Shown here in pieces: positions 59,439-64,000 of a stretch of DNA of 64,000 nucleotides. The first letter of the stretch is position 1. Each line of letters opens with the position of its first letter. The DNA comes from Auanema rhodensis (Eukaryota; Animalia; Nematoda): contig OZ059897.1 of NCBI GenBank assembly GCA_964057225.1, forward strand, positions 11,346,001-11,410,000. Direction: 5' to 3'. The notes beneath the pieces are model-generated. The model was not told the origin of the DNA and made no database searches. It was given only the letters and a program-made list of their open reading frames with translations. Both the position numbers and the translations under genes were made by a program.

Positions 59439-60039
59439 TGTAGGGATACATTGCAAGTCGTAGACGAGTACCACTGTTTCAGCCTCTGTGTCAAGTGTAG
59501 AGCGAGGAATGATGCCTTAGGGCTTTTAAAAGTTTTCCGTCATTATAAACCTGAAAATTCAACAATCAATGTAGGATTATAAAATTATTAATTCTAATTG
59601 TTATTTTTTCTTTTACAGATGCGTTCTTATTCTAGCATGTCATCAACGCAATTGTTGAATAATATGGGTTACATTGCCATTTATACTGATGAGTCAACTG
59701 TCAAGTCTTTTGGTTATAAGCAGAATGTGTTCTACTTTAAATTAAGTCAACAGGCGCTCAACTTGAATATGCTTATCCGTTTTGATCCATCGTTTTGACT
59801 ACAACAAGCACAAACTGTTTAATGGACAGTTGGTTGATTTTGTTGTGTTATATTTAAATTTTCTTAGCCGTAACATTTTTTTTCCAGCTCTTGAAGTTTG
59901 AAATTATCCATCAACAGCCGACTCTCAAACCAACTGGTAAGCATTGAAAATTTAAATATTAATCAGTTTATAATTATAGGTTATATCATTGTCTTGGCTT
60001 TTATGTTTTGCTGGTTTTTTATTGTTACAATATGAACGA
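59205..60039 (+). pseudogene. Intron-containing accessory gene, copy 2
   Basis: Copy of 33906-34740. Confidence 0.55.
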
Positions 60040-60094
60040 TTGATCAAATAAATCATTTATTATTAATACAATTGTTTACAACAACAGTGAAAAA

Positions 60095-61162
60095 TTATAC
60101 ATTTAAATTTTCTGCATCTATCCATTCATTAAAGTTGTCGGGATAGCCACTCCGTTTCACAAATACTTGGCGTTTACCATTTCGTGTACGCTCTTTCAAA
60201 ACTTTCTCAATATAGTACTGGTTGCTTTTATTAGTAGCCAACACAAGTTCAGGCTCATAAAATATTCCCTTTATACGTTCACCATTATAATCTACAAGTT
60301 TATACACGGTTGGGTTCCCGGCTACAATCTCATCAATTGTGAATAGTTCCATTGTATATCCAGACTCGTAACTTTTTTCAAAAGTACGCCTGTTCTTGCT
60401 TATGCGAACATTATCACCAATTTTGAATCGGTTGCGAACAGCTGGTGCATATTCTTCAACGAATATATTTGCTGTAACATCTACGGGGCGCATTTTAATC
60501 GACCGATTATAAGATTTGTTCATTCCTTCGACCAAGTCATCTAGTATATCAATCCATCGATGATTATTCTTGTAATAGAGATATTTCATCATGCGTGTTT
60601 TTAAAGTTCTATTTGCTCGCTCCACCATTGCAGCCTTTTGTGGTGAACTTGTAGATCCGTGCAGTATGGCAAACTTTTTGAATAGTTTTTCACAATGATT
60701 ATTATAAAACTCTGTGCCATTATCAGTAATCAACTGAATTGGTATAAAATTCTTGAATAAACTTTCAAATGCACTAGCAACCTCTATACCACCTTTAGTT
60801 TTCAAAGGCCTAACATTTAACATGCGTGTATAAACATCAATCATGGTCAACATGTAAGCATAGCCGTCGTTTAATTTTTTATATTTTTGCATATCAACCA
60901 AATCTGCTTGCACTGTTAGAAATCGACCACATCCTCTAGTCTTTCTAGTCTGCATACGCATTCTGGTTGGTTTATGCCGTGTAAAAGTTTCAGAATCTTG
61001 CAAAAAATCATCAACTTGTACCTTTGAAATGCCATGTTTTCGTGCTTGCGATAATAAATTCTTGGCTGATGTATATGAAGCTGGATGTTTTATATCGTAA
61101 TAAATGCTCGCCAAAATATCATTTCCATAATCTAATGTAGAACCTTTTACGACCTTGGCCAT
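60095..61162 (-). CDS. Maverick integrase with chromodomain-like tail, copy 2
   Basis: One residue differs from copy 1 (SYNRS vs SYSRS). Confidence 0.93.
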   Translation of the reverse strand: MAKVVKGSTLDYGNDILASIYYDIKHPASYTSAKNLLSQARKHGISKVQVDDFLQDSETFTRHKPTRMRMQTRKTRGCGRFLTVQADLVDMQKYKKLNDGYAYMLTMIDVYTRMLNVRPLKTKGGIEVASAFESLFKNFIPIQLITDNGTEFYNNHCEKLFKKFAILHGSTSSPQKAAMVERANRTLKTRMMKYLYYKNNHRWIDILDDLVEGMNKSYNRSIKMRPVDVTANIFVEEYAPAVRNRFKIGDNVRISKNRRTFEKSYESGYTMELFTIDEIVAGNPTVYKLVDYNGERIKGIFYEPELVLATNKSNQYYIEKVLKERTRNGKRQVFVKRSGYPDNFNEWIDAENLNV

Positions 61163-61835
61163 TCTGTGAGTCTCCTTCTCGTGGTGTGTAATATGATTCG
61201 GCGGCAGTATCAAAAGTTTTTGACCTTTTACTTTTGAGTGTACGAACCGGTGATGGTGAATATCGAATAACAGCTTTACGATGACGAGGCGTTCTAGGTA
61301 ATAGAGTAGAGTCCAAGTCTGTAACAGCCGGTTTAGCTCTAGTTACAACGTCAACTGAATCATTGTCAGCCGACTCTCTTCTAGTTTGTTTCTTGTTAGA
61401 ACTAGATACGCCTTTACTGGCTAAAAACTTTGACAAGACTGAAAATCCATTGGACTCCGTTTTTGTTTTATCCAATACAAAATCTAAAATTTTTGTAATA
61501 TTGGTGTTTGGTACAGCCTCATTATTAATCACAAGTTGGTTATTCTTGTTTGTGCGCACCTCTGGAAATTTCTCCCACAAATTGTTATACTTTCTTGGCA
61601 ATTTGTATTCTGGCAATAGAGGTGGATCAGCATTTTCCACTTGTACTGATATGGGCGCATATATACTCTCTCTATAGTTTTTGAGACGAGCAATCAAGTC
61701 TTCGTATAGTTCAGCCTTTTTATAATCGGGTATAGCTTTATTTTCTCGTAAAAGCTTGAGCTCTGCATCAAACATGTCTATATTAATTGTTTCCTTGTCG
61801 ACAGGAATTAGTCAATATTTATGGTTGAGCTTTAT
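61119..61835 (-). pseudogene. Conserved hypothetical protein, copy 2
   Basis: Start ATG changed to ATA and an early stop relative to 35820-36536. Confidence 0.6.
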
Positions 61836-62140
61836 GATTTAAAACCAAAATAGGCAATACCACATGTAACTATGGTTTTCAATTGTTTGTGTGAAAGCGT
61901 TGCCAATAATGATTTAGCCTTTTCCGGTGTGCGTATCAAAGCTATTTGACGTAATAATGAAGATATGGGCAAGAGGGTTTTATATTCCTTGTTGGTTAAA
62001 AGAAAATTATTATTTTTCACAATATTAAATACAATTTCAACAATAATTTAAATTTGTGCAAAAGAAAATGAGGAAACAGAACAAGGAGTTTCGGCGCAAG
62101 AAGACAAAAAGTTGAAATTTGACAGAATACGACCACTCAT
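61832..62140 (-). pseudogene. Small conserved hypothetical protein, copy 2
   Basis: Premature stop relative to 36533-36841. Confidence 0.55.
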
Positions 62141-62152
62141 TAAACAAGCACT

Positions 62153-62799
62153 TTAATCACTAAACACATTTCTGGCAACATGAACAATAGGGTTCTCCGC
62201 TGTTATATCAGATAGTATACGCTGCTTCTCACTTGTTAAAGGATGATTGTCAATCAGTAAATGACTATAGGGAGTAGACATTGCATCATCATACGCCTCT
62301 AGAGCATTTTTGAAACGTGGCCCAAATAATTGCTGCAGACAATTACGTATTTCTAAAATATCTGAATGACTTTTCATCAGTATTATATATGTACTATTGA
62401 TTCAACTGGTCCTGTCCAGTTGAAATGCCGCTTGCACAAGATTAAACACTGCCAAATTCCAGTGATGTGCCCACACTGTAAAAATGTTGTTGAGTAATTC
62501 CTTTGCTGCTTTATTCGATGAAAAAAAGTTCATCAAATCATCCAGCACTAGTATAGTATTTACTCCCTTTGTTCTTTTATTAAATCAGGATCAGGAGGCC
62601 CTTGAATAATTATTAAACGCTCATCATTTATTGGTACACCTGACGATGATCCACATTGACTGAACCAGAATATTCTATCAATGGGGACGTTGAAAAACTT
62701 TTCAGTATTTTCGCATATGTGCTTTATGAGGGTTGTTTTACCGTATTGGGTTGCCCCTATTACAGTTGTCTGACTGGGTAGTATGAAGCTGAAAACCAT
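62153..62799 (-). pseudogene. Packaging ATPase, copy 2
   Basis: Same motifs and lesions as 36854-37500. Confidence 0.9.
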
Positions 62800-62878
62800 A
62801 ATCAACCACTCGTAAATGTACCTAAAATGCAAATGATTTCATTTGTAATAGTGTACACGTATCAAGTGGTGGTTTGTC

Positions 62879-63486
62879 ATGGATGATTTTTACATTACTC
62901 TTCCATCATCAGTTGACTCTGAAAAAAGTAATACATCATCAGTGTTTCTTACCAGATTACCTGAAACACTAAGGCTACGCAATAACAGATATTGCATTGG
63001 GCTGACAGACATAATTTTTCCGTGTTCGATATAAAATGTACAAGAAAATCTTTCTTATACACTACGTTTTTCCAACAGAAAGTTTATTCTACACTTGCCC
63101 AAAGGTAACTATGCAAATGGTGATGAAATAATACGCGGAATCAATGCTGGAAAAGAACAATTTATTGCTAGCAGCACTAAACCTCTTGGAGCTGAGGAAG
63201 AAGCACGTATAAAGGGTTTGATAGATAAAGATGAAGATGTGAAAAAGTGGTATAATAATCGACAAGCTGAGGCTAAACTTGTCAAGGAAATGCTGGCAGA
63301 CGCCACGTTTCGGTTTAACAAAACACTACAACGCATAGAGTTTTAACAAGTAAGCGTCTATTATTGAATGCAACACTCGGTGATGCTCTCGCATATTTTC
63401 TTGACTTTGAGAATAAAATTATCAACAACACGTTAATAGCCAGGCGCCCCATTGAATTTTCAAATAACATTAATACAATGTATATA
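62879..63486 (+). pseudogene. Penton-like minor capsid 5' part, copy 2
   Basis: Copy of 37580-38187. Confidence 0.85.
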
Positions 63487-64000
63487 CAGTCATGTGCAAA
63501 AAACCTCGGACAAAAATATCTTAGAGGCCCCAGAAACCCCTTACAAACTACAACAAAATAAAATTTAGTAAAAAATCAATATTTAAGGCTTATGAAGTAT
63601 CAATTTTTCAGAAAATAGGCATCAATCTACTGAAACTAAACAATCAATTTAACGATTGAAATTTTTTAACTTTGGAAGCATGAATAATTAAAATTAAAAT
63701 GCAAAATTCATTTTTTTATTATTTAGATGGCTAAAGGAAAGAAGACTTGTGAGAAGTAAGAGTTATAATCCGTAACTTGAAAAAAAAGGGCTGACAATTA
63801 GAAAAATCAGCGACCTTCTCAGTATTCCAAAAAGTACTGTGCATCAAGTGTTCAAAGATGATGCTCGACCTTATCCAATACAAGGAGAAATGAGAGGAAG
63901 ACCCCGGAAAACCACACAAAGACAGGATGAAATGTTAGTTAAACTTGTTACTAAACATCCAGAACTAACGTCCACCGCTCTGAGTCAACATCTTCTGAAA
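63487..64000 (+). mobile_element. Tc1 family B, copy 2 (partial, window end)
   Basis: Same TIR and same TA site as 38188. Confidence 0.95.

Larger units (their letters stand above)
49430..64000 (+). repeat. Segmental duplication of about 24101-38700 (offset 24858-25299)
   Basis: Shared rearrangement junctions, shared Tc1-B insertion and shared lesions in ATPase and penton. Confidence 0.92.
57081..64000. mobile_element. Duplicate of the Maverick starting at 32223; runs off the window
   Basis: AGTAGAGAG terminus at 57081; same gene order. Confidence 0.92.

Overview
Eukaryotic, AT-rich DNA, most likely from a nematode (inferred from 42-48 nt spliceosomal introns, TTTCAG/TTACAG-type acceptors and Tc1 elements). 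The window is almost entirely nested mobile DNA. (1) 1-11385: a Ty3/Gypsy LTR retroelement on the minus strand with the unusual order Gag - Env - protease - RT - RNase H - integrase. The Env resembles a herpesvirus gB/class III fusogen and is fused in frame behind Gag. A second, truncated internal copy sits upstream of the 637-bp LTR. (2) 11399-24100: a tandem array of an intron-containing atypical-kinase pseudogene. Four units carry an intact DD34E Tc1 element (2814-bp period) and a fifth unit shows the empty TA site. (3) 24101-64000: a cluster of Maverick/Polinton virus-like elements. One is near-complete (32223-46958: TIR, accessory gene, integrase, ATPase, penton, C2H2 gene, protease, core protein, major capsid, pPolB, TIR). 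Inverted partial copies and a ~25-kb segmental duplication make up the rest. The Maverick DNA polymerase gene has at least nine short spliceosomal introns, one of them GC-AG and two splitting catalytic motifs, whereas the virion genes are intronless. Most copies are decayed. All family assignments come from motif recognition by eye, not database searches.
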